Origin: Eledone cirrhosa
Taxonomy: Eukaryota
DNA: 64,000 bases
Assembly (NCBI GenBank): GCA_964016885.1
Contig: OZ024743.1
Coordinates: 345,464,001-345,528,000, forward strand
Reading direction: 5' to 3'
The stretch's first letter is position 1, and the number at the start of each line of letters is the position of its first letter. This document shows positions 13,660 to 26,971 of the stretch, one piece after another. The position numbers and the translations under genes are program-made. The notes under the pieces were generated by a model, which saw nothing but the letters and a program-made list of their open reading frames with translations, ran no database searches and was not told the DNA's origin.

Positions 13660-14220
13660 TTGTGGGGAAGTGTTTCCTTAATAATTTAAAGAAGATCTTT
13701 GTGATTGGGGGATTGAACCAGCTAATTCACCTGTGTTTATTTCTGTTAAGTGATCTAGGTGAGCTCGCTATGTAGGTGATCTTGTCCTTAAATCCGCTGG
13801 GTGCTAGGGCAGACACTTTGAAGGTGTCTTCATTAGCTGATGGACCCGAAATTCTAAAGGATACGTCTATAACAAGATTGTTTGTTATATTGAAATCTGA
13901 AATAACGTCTACAAAGTTAACCCTAGTGATGTTTGAATCTATGGTCATCCTGAGTCCTAGATTCTCAAGTCCTTTCTTGGCTCTCTAGACTCTGGATAGC
14001 TATACCAAATGAGTAAGCTCAGAACCTAATGACAAGGTTAACCATTTTTATTTACAGGCTCAGATCACTCCATGAAGATGGAGTAAGATTCCATATAGTT
14101 GGATATAACATAGAACCTCATGATTGTGAAACGAGCTTTATAACTATTAATCTGCCTGCTTTTACGCATGCGTGTGTGCAAAGAAACATCCCTATGTACA
14201 TATAAGGATGTCTCTACCTC
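13660..14220 (-). pseudogene. Penelope-like element RT/thumb relic
   Basis: GLENLGLRMTIDSNITRVNFVDV..SFRISGPSANEDTF..SGFKDKITY..HR*ISWFNPP..KIFFKLLRKHFP follows the PLE motifs GL.ITI..N...VNFLDV and IIWFNPP; internal deletions and stops. Confidence 0.8.
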
Positions 14221-15437
14221 TGCCTGATATATATATATGTGTGTGTTTGTGTGTATATATATATATATGTGTGTGAGTGTATATATATATGTGTGTGTAT
14301 ATATATGTGTGTGTATATATATATATATATGTGTGTGTGTATATATATGTCTGTCTGAGTGATTGTACATATATATATATATATATACTGTACATATATA
14401 TGTGTGTGTATGTTTGTGTGTGTATATATATGCGTGTGTATGTATATTTCCTGTGCTCTTCCCCCCCCCCCTGATTTGACTTGGTAAATCAACTGAATTG
14501 ACTGTACAAAGACAAACATCCGATCAAACAAAGCCCTGAGTGTAAAACAATTCAAACAGATTTAATTTACAACCAACACATTAACCAGACACAAACGCTG
14601 TTGACCCAACCAGTGAAGCTCTACACAATCACGGCAACTACTAGAAATGACAGAATAATATAATTCAAATCCAACCCTGCAATCGTAAAGAAAAACATGA
14701 TCATATTTGGACAATGAACCATTTAAGTTGATGGCTCCTCTAATATTCTTGAACGGTGGGTATTTTATTGTTGGATTATCTGAATGACCGACACAGAAAC
14801 TAATGCCGAAGTAGTTGTATATACCACAGACTTTTAACGTGATTCTTCAGCCAGTGACAGGATTGGATCATTGAATTACAGGAACAATCTATCCGACTGG
14901 TTTCAACACATCTACTAAATTTCACTCACAAGGCTTGCGGTAAACGGGAACAGACAATTATCCTCGATTTAAAACAGTGGAATTAAGTGGGGATTACCTC
15001 ATTATTCGAAACGAATTTCTTAATAATTTAACCATGCATACACGTTAGACACATCGCATTTGAAAACACAAACACGCTTGATGGTCATGGTTAGGTATGG
15101 CTAGAGTGAGCTTTGATGGGCCTTCTTGGTCAGAACTTGTTTGGAGGTTATCAACAACAGCGACGACAACAGAAACATCAAGAGTAACATCAATTTATGA
15201 ACGATGATAATAATAGATACGCTTTAAAATTCTAAGATTAGGGTTCAACACCAGAGCACAATATCTTTATCATGTTGGCTGTGTTATCATTGTTGCTGTT
15301 TTCCTTGTTGTCGTTGCCATTGTTGTTTATATTGTTGTTATTGTCTTCGTCGTTGTGAAATCTCGTCGCATTGTGTACTTGAGTAAGACAATTTATTTCA
15401 GATTGCTCTTGTCTACTCAACTGGAAAAAAATGAATT

Positions 15438-15620
15438 GAACCTGTATTTCAAAAAGCTAATCTTGTCTCACAATTTTTCACGCTGAACCTCTCCGAGTGT
15501 TGCGTTAAATGTGAACGTGTCTGTAAAGTGCTCAGACTCAACGCTTGCAGCTAACTTCTCGAGCATGATGTTCCACTGATCAAACAACTGGAACACATCA
15601 CGTCGGAATTGAGAGAGCAC
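15438..15620. mobile_element. Diverged interspersed repeat (SINE-like, octopus-type)
   Basis: gaacctgtatttcaaaa..cttgtc..acgctgaa..gtgtctgt..agtgctcag..aactggaac resembles a common cephalopod repeat; recalled, not searched. Confidence 0.4.
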
Positions 15621-16494
15621 ATGTCATCTTCGTTGTTGCGGCTTATGCCCAAATCACTTCAGATCGCAATGATAGGGCCAAAATTATTCAAGCTGTAACA
15701 ATTGCGTCTTTTATCTTTATCTTTTTTTTTCATGCATAGATTATTACAACCTATATCTGTTAGAACACGAAAAGTGTGAAACAACAGAATGTTCACTTTT
15801 CGTGTTCTAACATATATGCCTAGCTTCTTTAAAAATTTTTCGGGGATAGCCGTGGTGGTGGTGATCGTATGTCATTGGCTAATTTTCAACCAATCAGAGT
15901 ACCTCTCTCTATATCTCTTCCACTGTTACTTACGCCTGTTTCTCTCTATCTGTTCCGTCTCTATATATATCTCTTACTCTTTCGCTTTGCACTCCTCCCC
16001 TTCAATACCATCTCTCCCCCTCTCTATATATTTGTTACTCTATCGCTGCACGCTCCTCTCCTTCAATATATCAATTACACACGCTTTACACTCCTTTATC
16101 CCCAGCGTCCCTATATATACACTCCCCCTCTCCCGCATCTATATTTTAATGTACCGTTGCACCGTGAATATATGTGTCTATATATATATACATATATATT
16201 GTATATACACATTCATGTATGTGTATACACACTCATGTATGTATATACACTGGTTTTATGTGTGTATTGTAAATTTGTACTGTTAAAACACGAAACTAAC
16301 ATTCGATTGACACTTTGATTACCTGTACAGGCAATAGTTATTAGAATGCTGTTGAAGTGTGTATATATTTTTGGGGGACATCCTGTATATACACACATTA
16401 TATATAATACAATAAACAGATAAATACACACATATATATATGAGCTTATTTAATTATAAATATTGTGAATTTTTAACTCAGTTCAATTATATAT

Positions 16495-16548
16495 ATAAAT
16501 GGCTTCTACAGGACTAGAACTGTTTCATTCGAAAGAAATCATCATAAT
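16495..16548 (-). mobile_element. Family A fragment with mutated hammerhead
   Basis: Minus strand ATGATGA..GAAACAGTTCTAGTCCTGTA gaagcc; C3 is mutated. Confidence 0.65.
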
Positions 16549-17170
16549 ATTGAGAGGGGGGACTAGATAAAATATTTCAAATCAAATGTGTATAAGTTAT
16601 AAGTTAAAATGTATAAATAGAGACGATAGTGGAGGTATATCTGTTTAGTGGAACAGTAGACGATAGAATTAAATACAGACGATAATCTCCCTTTAATGAA
16701 ACAGCAGACGATAGAATTAAGGCAATTTAAATTTTAAGCATTTGCATTTTTGCCTTTCATCGTTACGGGGTCGATAAAATAAAGTACCAGTAATACACTG
16801 TCACTAGACGACTTTCAAATTGAATTGTTGGTTCCATTTCTTTAGTATTTTCAATTGTAGTTATCTACTTAAAAAGCGTTACACGGTTAGAGACATAATT
16901 CGTAAGTTATATCTTCCCTATTAAACCATTGCATTATTTCGCCTACAATAGAACAAAAATGAAATGTTCTTTAAAGAAACAGGAATATAACTTTATAAAA
17001 AAAAAAGTTGCATCCGCTTCTTTTATCATTGATAATTTTTTCGTTTTAATATTAATTGTTTTTTGTAGTTGTTTATATTAAAAATCTTACTGTAATATTT
17101 ACTTAAACGAAGGCAAACATCTAAACTTATAGATTAATCTTGAGCGAAGGACTAGATAAATCTCTCTCTC

Positions 17171-17237
<67 letters not shown>

Positions 17238-17627
17238 GAAGAATGATAAAATTTCAAGCAAAGAGTTTAATTAGGTATATTTTGTAATATTATTAACTAA
17301 TTATTATAATTAACGCGCATATTTTGCTATCCTCAAACACGTTTACACATGGCATGAAATATAACTAATCCGAGATGGCTAGGTTTCATCTTCTAACTGG
17401 ATATACGAAATCCATTATGTCTTGACAACAACATGAGGTAACATTATGTTATTCACAGACACACTTTGTACACTGTTCCATATCAGAATGTATTTCCTTC
17501 GTCACATTCACAAACAGTATTGAAAATATGTTCTTCGGCAAATAAAAATGTTTTGTTCATAATATTTCAACTAGCGATTGCTCTACTCCACGCACGACCA
17601 CCATAAATTAATGACCAGCTCAACACA

Positions 17628-17795
17628 AGTATTGGTAGAGCGTCAGACACCATGCTTTGCAGTATTGTTATGGTCCTTTGCATTCTAAGTTCAAATCCTG
17701 CCGAGGTTAACTTCGACTTTCATACTTACTAATTCGATAAAATAAAGTACCAGTAATGGACTGCCGTAATGGATTTGTGCCGAAAAATAGAAACA
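17628..17795 (+). mobile_element. Diverged tRNA-derived SINE
   Basis: agtattggtagag..taagttcaaatcc..cgataaaataaagtaccag. Confidence 0.8.
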
Positions 17796-18350
17796 CTATT
17801 AATGTGCAATAAGAGCAAAATATAACGACATTGCTCAATTATTTTATCTAATGTTGTAATAACACAAGGAAATGTTGTTTGTGTATTTTTTTTTATATTT
17901 GCTCATAGGCTTTTACAATTTCGCTCAGCCAACAACTATTAAAAAGTGAGTTGCTTAAGATAACAATTTAATCACAAATTGTTGCTATCTTTTAATACAC
18001 TCCAACAAGTCATCAAATTATGTACAATAAAAACAAATCTTATTAATTTGCTCAGGGAATATAAAGAAAATGTATATACACTGATAATTGCAATTGTATG
18101 TAAATATTTTGTTTTTGTATTGTATATTTTATGTTTTCTATTATGTATAATATATTGATTTAATATTGATTGTTTTTTGTAGTTGTTTATATTAAAAGTC
18201 TGAAAATATTTTTATACATCTTACACTAATATTTATAAGATAATTTATAATAACAATTACATAATCTAATTACATTACAACGATAATTTATTATTAATAT
18301 ATATCCTGTTTAACTAGAGTTATTACAAGCGTTGCCTTAAAAAAATATTA

Positions 18351-19309
18351 AACTAGACATGAAAAATGCGCAAGCTCAAAAGTGCCACAGAATGTTATAA
18401 TAAACCTTCAAAAGTGTGGGACTAGAGTTGTTGCTAAAAAATATTGTAATCATTATATATCGTACATTCTGTGGCATCCTTTATAAAAATAGCTTAAACC
18501 AACGAAGCCTTTATTTTTACGCTATTTCACTTAGTTAATTCTTAGAGTGTAACATATAAAAATAAATACATCTATGTTTAATGTAATAACAGCTATAAAT
18601 AATTACGTAATATTATTATCATATACTCATAGTAACAAAATAATTGTGTTGAAAATTAATATGATGCTTATATGAACGATCAAATCTATAATGATAATTT
18701 CTTAAATATACTAATAGTAAAATAATTTAGTTATCTATTGTTACATTTTCATAGAACTATAATATTAACAATCGTATTGCATTATCAAATTTTTATCACT
18801 ACAAACTTTCATATTGGAATTACCTTAAGCCACTTATTATTACTTCGCTTTCGTACTTTTACAGCTGTAGATATTGCGCTGTATCTTATATCTAATATCA
18901 ATATCTCGTGGTAATTTGCATGAAGTGTAAAATAGGTTTATTAATAACTTTAATATGAAATGTATTATACAGGGCTGCGGAGTCGGCCAAAAATTGACTG
19001 GCTCCAACTCAGGATCCGATACTCCATTATTTCCTAAATTTCAGCTCCGCAGCTCTGTTATTATATTAATTAATTTATTTTATAGTTGTAAATCATATTT
19101 TTATATGTTACACTCTAAGAATTAACTAAGTGAAATAGCGTAAAAATAAAGGCTTCGTTGGTTTAAGCTATTTTTATAAAGGATGCCACAGAATGTACGA
19201 TATATAATGATTACAATATTTTTTAGCAACAACTCTAGTCCCACACTTTTTAAGGTTTATTATAACATTCTGTGGCACTTTTGAGCTTGCGCATTTTTCA
19301 TGTCTAGTT
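18351..19309. mobile_element. Fold-back/MITE-like element with about 210-bp terminal inverted repeats
   Basis: 18351-18561 is the near-perfect reverse complement of 19099-19309; AT-rich spacer of about 540 bp. Confidence 0.85.
18970..19057. mobile_element. 88-bp MITE, probably hAT-type
   Basis: TIR cagggctgcggag/ctccgcagctctg; 8-bp flanks gtattata/ttattata (7/8 identical). Confidence 0.7.
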
Positions 19310-19624
19310 ATTCTATGTGACTTATATTGTGAGTGTTGGTTTGATCTAGATTCGCTAATATTTTTGGCCTGTTAATTATGGATATGTTCTTCTGGTGTTA
19401 TATCTTAACAGATTTTTACCGATAGAGAGAGAGAGTCGATTACTAACATAGACACAAGACATTTTCATTGGAATTTAGACGACATCGACTAGGTAGATAT
19501 GTATGCGTATCTGCATGCGTGCATATGTGTACAGGTTTCGATGTAATTGTATGTATGGATATGGATGTTTTGAGTTATATGTCTGTATATGCATATATTT
19601 TGTATCTGTACATGTGAACATGCA

Positions 19625-20830
19625 GTTATTAGATGCAGAATTTTTGGAATGTTTTACATAATTTTACTGTTCTATGAATGGATTGTAGTTGCAATTTCCT
19701 ACCTAGTTGTGTTTGTTCTGGTTCTGTAAAGCCCAGTTTCTCAGCATTTGTACTGAGGAAGTTAGTAACATATCCCAGTGCCCCTATAGCAGGTATAAAT
19801 CTGAAGGTATAGCCAGGGTGGAGTATCTGCAGATTGCTCATTAGTTCTGCATAGATATTCTCTTTTTCGCTAATCTTTAATATTATATTGGCAACTGCTG
19901 GCCAGCTGACCTCCACTACTGTAGATGCTTTCTTCTCCCTGTTCCATATCATTATATATGGTCTGTTATGCTGGCATTTTATTGGAGTTTTTACTGGAGT
20001 ATTCCACCAGTACTCTATCTTATTATGTACGTATATGCCTTCGACATTGCTGTAATATTTAATGTTTATTGTCGGGGCTATCCTTTCTACGGATTGCATT
20101 GTAGTGTTTTGACCACTACATCATGCCTGATACGTAGATAGTACCGTGATGGCATCTTTGGACAGCTGCTTATGACATGAGTGACATCTTCCATGTTAAT
20201 TCTGCAGAGTCTGTATTTGCTGTCACATCTAGGTGTTTTGCCTGCATGCCTAATTCATTTGTGAATCTGGTATTTTGTATTGTTCTTAGATTGCAAAAGC
20301 ATATCCTTTGAAGTGAAAGCCAATATAGCAATTGTTGCTACACGAAAAACTACTTTCCTTATCTATATTACTCTCAGTCTGGGGCCTACTGGTTACATAT
20401 CAATGAATGATCTCTTGCTGATAAGCATGCAGTATTTCATCCATGGATTCACTGCGGTATTGCTGTGCAATTTCCCTTTTTGTGATTTGTTGATTGTTAT
20501 GTAGGGAGAAACTTTTCGGGTTTTAACATAAATTGCTCGTCTATCGTCCAATCGAGTATTCCAAACGTTGGTGTTAGGACAGGCACAGCAAACACATTGT
20601 GATCCAGTGTTTTATTGTGCGCAGAGATTTCAGATGAGCAATTTGTTCTTAATTTGTTCTTAATCGGATGTAATATTCCATGGTTACGCGGATCTTGTTA
20701 CAGATAGTATCATAGGATATACTCTCATCTATCCCTGGGTAAACCATCGATGAAAATGTTGCTAGATTGGCCAAACTCCATTCCTATATCCTTTGAGAAC
20801 GTCGTAACAAGGTCAAGATTTTTCATGATG
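19625..20830 (-). mobile_element. R4/Dong-clade non-LTR retrotransposon relic (RT fragment, CCHC knuckle, restriction-like endonuclease)
   Basis: LDLVTTFSKDIGMEFG (20760-20825); RLCRINMEDVTHVISSCPKMPSRYYLRIRHD; EYWWNTPVKT..HNRPYIMIWN..VVEVSWP..EKENIY..IPAIGALG; catalytic PD is mutated to PY; frameshifts present. Confidence 0.85.
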
Positions 20831-21469
20831 CATGTATGTATGTATGAACGCATGTATGTATTCATGCGTATGTACGTACGTATGTATGCGTGTATATTTG
20901 TTTGCATGTGTGTGTTTGCATGTATAGGTGTTTATGTATGTATATGTTTATGTATATATATGCATGCATCTATGTATTTATACATATAAGTGTATATATA
21001 TATATATATATGTTTATGTATATATATATGCATATATGTAAATACCTAATTAAATAAATGTATGTATGTATGTATGTAATGTGTATGTGTGCATGAAAGT
21101 ATGTATGTATGTGTGTATGTATGCATGTATGTATACATATATGTATGTATTTATGCGTATGTACGTACGTATGTATGCATGTATGTTTGTTTGCATGTAT
21201 GTGTATAGGTGTTTATGTATGTATATGTCTATGTATATATATGCATGCATCTATGTATTTATACATGTAAGTGTATATATATATATGTGTTTATGTATAT
21301 ATATATATGTATGCATATATGTATATACGTAATTGAATAAATGTATGTAATGTGTATGCGTGCATGAAAGTATGTATATGTATAGGTATTTGCATGTATG
21401 TGTATAGGTGTTTATGTATGTATATGTTTATGTATATATATGCATGCATCTATGTATTTATACATGTAA

Positions 21470-21524
<55 letters not shown>

Positions 21525-21640
21525 TATGTATATATATATATGTAGAGATATATGTATGTATATACGTAATTGAATAAATGCATGTATGAATATACGTAAT
21601 TGAATGTATGTATGTAATGTGTATGTGTTTATGAAAGAAT
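20830..21640. repeat. Cryptic TA/TG-rich tandem duplication (about 3 units of 230-290 bp)
   Basis: atgcgtatgtacgtacgtatgtatgc, tataggtgtttatgtatg, gcatgcatctatgtatttatacat and taattgaataaatg recur in the same order. Confidence 0.7.
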
Positions 21641-21731
21641 GTATTGAACGAAAACTCTAATCATAAACGGATAAGAAGAAGTAACCACGAATTACATTTC
21701 CATACTACCATCTTCTACATATTCTCCGACC

Positions 21732-24387
21732 ATGAGTTGTGTCAATTGCTGTTATTGCTGTCTCTATTATTGTATTGCTGCCCGGCAGCCTGGTCATATA
21801 GACTTTCCTTATACCACACACTCCTTCTGCCAGGCTCTACCTGTATCTGTCCTTGAGTTGTTTCAATTGCTGTTATTGCTGTCTCTATTATTGTATTGCT
21901 GCCCGGCAGTCTGGTCATATAGACTTTCCTTATACCACACACTCCTTCTGCCAGGCTCTACCTGTATCTGTCCTTGAGTTGTTTCAATTGCTGTTATTGT
22001 TGTCTCTATTATTGTATTGCTGCCCGGCAGCCTGGTCATATAGACTTTCCTTATACCACACACTCCTTCTGCCAGGCTCTACCTGTATCTGTCCTTGAGT
22101 TGTTTCAATTGCTGTTATTGCTGTCTCTATTATTGTATTGCTGCACGGCAGCCTGGTCATATAGACTTTCCTTATATCACACACTCCTTCTGCCAGGCTC
22201 TACCTGTATCTGTCCTTGAGTTGTTTCAATTGCTGTTATTGCTGTCTCTATTATTGTATTGCTGCCCGGCAGCCTGGTCATATAGTCTTTCCTTATATCA
22301 CACACTCCTTCTGCCAGGCTCTACCTGTATCTGTCCTTGAGTTGTTTCAATTGCTGTTATTGTTGTCTCTATTATTGTATTGCTGCACGGCAGCCTGGTC
22401 ATATAGACTTTCCTTATATCACACACACCTTCTGCCAGGCTCTACCTGTATCTGTCCTTGAGTTGTTTCAATTGCTGTTATTGTTGTCTCTATTATTGTA
22501 TTGCTGCACGGCAGCCTGGTCATATAGACTTTCCTTATACCACACACTCCTTCTGCCAGACTCTACCTGTATCTGTCCTTGAGTTGTTTCAATTGCTGTT
22601 ATTGCTGTCTCTATTATTGTATTACTGCCTGGCAGCCTGGTCATATAGACTTTCCTTATACCACACACTCCTTCTGCCAGGCTTTACCTGTATCTGACCT
22701 TCAGTTGTTTCAATTGCTGTTATTGTTGTCTCTATTATTGTATTGCTGCCCGGCAGCCTGGTCATATAGACTTTCCTTATATCACACACACCTTCTGCCA
22801 GGCTCTACCTGTATCTAACCTTGAGTTGTTTCAATTGCAGTTATTGTTGTCTCTATTATTGTATTGCTGCCCGGCAGCCTGGTCATATAGACTTTCCTTA
22901 TATCACACACATCTTCTGCCAGGCTCTACCTGTATCTAACCTTGAGTTGTTTCAATTGCTGTTATTGTTGTCTCTATTATTGTATTGCTGCCCGGCAGCC
23001 TGGTCATATAGACTTTCCTTATACCACACACTCCTTCTGCCAGGCTCTACCTATATCTGACCTTGAGTTGTTTCAATTGCTGTTATTGTTGTCTCTATTA
23101 TTGTATTGCTGCCCGGCAGCCTGGTCATATAGACTTTCCTTATACCACACAAACCTTCTGCCAGGCTCTACCTATATCTGACCTTGAGTTGTTTCAATTG
23201 CTGTTATTGTTGTCTCTATTATTGTATTGCCGCCCGGCAGCCTGGTCATATAGACTTTCCTTATATCACACACTCCTTCTGCCAGGCTCTACCTGTATCT
23301 GTCCTTGAGTTGTTTCAATTGCTGTTATTGCTGTCTCTATTATTGTATTGCTGCCCGGCAGCCTGGTCATATAGACTTTCCTTATATCACACACTCCTTC
23401 TGCCAGGCTCTACCTGTATCTGTCCTTGAGTTGTTTCAATTGCTGTTATTGTTGTCTCTATTATTGTATTGCTGCACGGCAGCCTGGTCATATAGACTTT
23501 CCTTATATCACACACACCTTCTGCCAGGCTCTACCTGTATCTGTCCTTGAGTTGTTTCAATTGCTGTTATTGTTGTCTCTATTATTGTATTGCTGCACGG
23601 CAGCCTGGTCATATAGACTTTCCTTATACCACACACTCCTTCTGCCAGACTCTACCTGTATCTGTCCTTGAGTTGTTTCAATTGCTGTTATTGCTGTCTC
23701 TATTATTGTATTACTGCCTGGCAGCCTGGTCATATAGACTTTCCTTATACCACACACTCCTTCTGCCAGGCTTTACCTGTATCTGACCTTCAGTTGTTTC
23801 AATTGCTGTTATTGTTGTCTCTATTATTGTATTGCTGCCCGGCAGCCTGGTCATATAGACTTTCCTTATATCACACACACCTTCTGCCAGGCTCTACCTG
23901 TATCTAACCTTGAGTTGTTTCAATTGCAGTTATTGTTGTCTCTATTATTGTATTGCTGCCCGGCAGCCTGGTCATATAGACTTTCCTTATATCACACACA
24001 TCTTCTGCCAGGCTCTACCTGTATCTAACCTTGAGTTGTTTCAATTGCTGTTATTGTTGTCTCTATTATTGTATTGCTGCCCGGCAGCCTGGTCATATAG
24101 ACTTTCCTTATACCACACACTCCTTCTGCCAGGCTCTACCTATATCTGACCTTGAGTTGTTTCAATTGCTGTTATTGTTGTCTCTATTATTGTATTGCTG
24201 CCCGGCAGCCTGGTCATATAGACTTTCCTTATACCACACAAACCTTCTGCCAGGCTCTACCTATATCTGACCTTGAGTTGTTTCAATTGCTGTTATTGTT
24301 GTCTCTATTATTGTATTGCCGCCCGGCAGCCTGGTCATATAGACTTTCCTTATATCACACACTCCTTCTGCCAGGCTCTACCTGTAT
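21732..24387. repeat. 121-bp satellite, about 22 copies, with 9-monomer (1089-bp) higher-order duplication
   Basis: Unit ttgagttgtttcaattgctg..ctgtatctgtcc; variant monomers recur at +1089 (identical ORFs at 22337/23426, 22458/23547, 22579/23668, 22821/23910, 22942/24031). Confidence 0.97.
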
Positions 24388-24419
24388 TATGTCTAACCCT
24401 AAACTCTATATCCTTGACA

Positions 24420-24965
24420 TCTATCACAATCACAAACCTTCCCTAATCCACATTCCTTCCATGATGGGCTGTATGAAACATACACATACACACACACACA
24501 CATACACACACACACGCCATGGAGCCACACACATACACAGATATCATATACACACACACGCACAAACACCACACCACACCACACACACACAAACACACAC
24601 AATCACAATCACAAGCCTTCCCTAATCCACATTCCTTCCACGATGGGCTGTATAAAACATACATATACACACATACACACACACACACACACACGCCATG
24701 GAGCCACACACATACACAGATATCATATACACACACACACAAACACCACACCACACACACACAAACACACACAATCACAATCACAAACCTTCCCTAATCC
24801 ACATTCCTTCCATGATGGGCTGTATGAAACATACACACACACGCACACACACGCCATGGAGCCACACACATACACAAACATCATATACAGACACACACAC
24901 ACAAACACCACATACACACAAACACACACAGACACAGACACCATGGACACACACACACACACACA

Positions 24966-25001
<36 letters not shown>

Positions 25002-25745
25002 AACACCACACAGACACAAACACACACACACATACACCCAGACACAGACACAGACACCATGGAGCCACACACATACACATACATCACACACACACAAACA
25101 CCACACCACACACACACAAACACACACACAAACACACACAGACACAGACACCATGGACACACACACAGACACAGATACACACACACACACGCACACACAG
25201 ACACAAACAAACACCACACAGACACAAACACACACACATACACACAGACACAGACACACACACCATGGAGCCACACACATACACATACATCACACACACA
25301 CACACACAAACACCACATCACACACACACAAACACACACACACATATATACACACAGAGACACAGACACCATGGACACACACACAGACACAGACATGGAC
25401 ATCATGGACACACACACACACACACACACACAAACACGCACACACACATATACACACAGAGACACAGACACGATGGACACACACACAGACACAGACATGG
25501 ACACCATGGACACACACACACACACACAGACACACACACAAACACGCACACATACACACACACAGACACAGAGACCATGCACACACACACACATACATAG
25601 ACACAGACACCATACACACACATACACACAAACACCAGACACACACACACATACACAAACACCACACACACACACACATACACACACACAAACACCATAC
25701 ACACACACACACATACACACACGCATACGAAAACACCACACACAC

Positions 25746-25781
<36 letters not shown>

Positions 25782-25840
25782 CATACACACACATCACACA
25801 CACATGCACACGTTCATGCACACACATACACACACTTTTT
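24420..25840. repeat. About 176-bp minisatellite (3 units) grading into a (CA)-rich cryptic repeat
   Basis: atcacaatcacaa.ccttccctaatccacattccttcca.gatgggctgtat three times, then ccatggacac/ccatggagccac motifs in a CA matrix. Confidence 0.85.
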
Positions 25841-25962
25841 TCCGCCATTGGTCATTTTCTTCTGTTTTTCTTTATCTACTTTGACAATTACTAAACAGCC
25901 GAAAACGTCAACATGTCTTGCTTTCATTACGACGCCTTAGGCTTGACATTGTCATTATTATA

Positions 25963-26155
25963 GGCGGTGGATCGGCAGTATCGGTAGAGGGTCGGACGCC
26001 ATGCTTTAACACATAGAGTTACGGTCCTTGACTTTCTGAGTTCAAATCCCGCCGAGGTTTACTTTGCCTTTCATCCTTACGGGGTTGATAAAATAAAGTA
26101 CCAGTAATGCACTGGGTATTTTGCTGGCTTTGTGCAAAAAAGTAGAAACAATTAT
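25963..26155 (+). mobile_element. tRNA-derived SINE, full-length
   Basis: ggcggtggatcggcagtatcgg..GAGTTCAAATCC..agtagaaacaattattatt. Confidence 0.92.
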
Positions 26156-26189
26156 TATTTCTCATGAAATTAAGGATCAATTTTGGTGA

Positions 26190-26545
26190 TGAAAGAATGG
26201 TATTTAACTAATGTATTGGTACGCGATGGGGCCCACCCACAGCCCCGGCGAACAGAATGGAGAAGGCGTTTCCCCGGAGGACGGCAAGGGAGACGCGCTG
26301 GAAAAGGCACTCCAACTCGCGGGGCTCACACCTACGGCTGGCCAGCTCAGCGCCTATGGTGGTGAGTAAGGAGGTAGCCCTGGGGCCGAGGACACCAGAA
26401 GTCTCCACTGCCAGGGGTACGACCGCAAACCTGTCGGAGAGCGACCGGTATTTGAGGAGTTTGGTCCCCGCAGCCCGACGTGCATCAGAACCTGGGTCAG
26501 TCGCAGACTGCACCAGGTTGCGGCTGCAGAAAGAGTCGTTGCCTT
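26190..26545 (-). mobile_element. CRE-clade non-LTR retrotransposon 3' fragment (restriction-like endonuclease C-terminus)
   Basis: GSDARRAAGTKLLKYRSL..FAVVPLAVETSGVLGPRA..LFQRVSLAVLRGNAFSIL matches CRE-type K..KY..F.P.AVET.G..QR.S.A..RGNA; GC-rich island. Confidence 0.85.
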
Positions 26546-26893
26546 TCAACGTTCAGTTGATCCACCTTGAAGGAAATGGAGAATCTCTCCATTTAGATCT
26601 ATCATACTATGTATAAAGGTGATCATGTTTTCTTTATGGTGTCAGAGTGTCATTTGAGGGATATGAATATGACTCTGCTATTTCTAACAATTTAAGTGAC
26701 CACGTAGTGGCACAATTGTTGGACCAACAATTTTCGTTGCTTGTGTTTGTGTTGGTTCATAGCTTACTTACAACGGTTTGTATAGTTTTATACTCTGGGC
26801 TTTATTTGATTGAATATTTGTTTATATCCAACAATTCAAAGTTGATTTACAACGTAAAACCAGTGGAACCACTGGAAACATTTTCGCAATCAC

Positions 26894-26971
<78 letters not shown>

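Noticed and set aside
13727-13948. Apparent host exon with a CAG/GTGAAT donor
   Set aside because: The frame continues past the site into PLE motifs (WFNPP..KHFP), so it is a retroelement relic.
21732-24387. CRISPR array, 5S rRNA array, or tandem Cys-rich peptide genes
   Set aside because: No unique spacers. The 121-bp length matches 5S but the sequence and internal promoter boxes do not. The unit is not a multiple of 3 and reads into stops.
24458-24480. CATGATGG..GAAAC as a hammerhead in the 176-bp repeat
   Set aside because: The core deviates at several invariant positions and there are no supporting stems.
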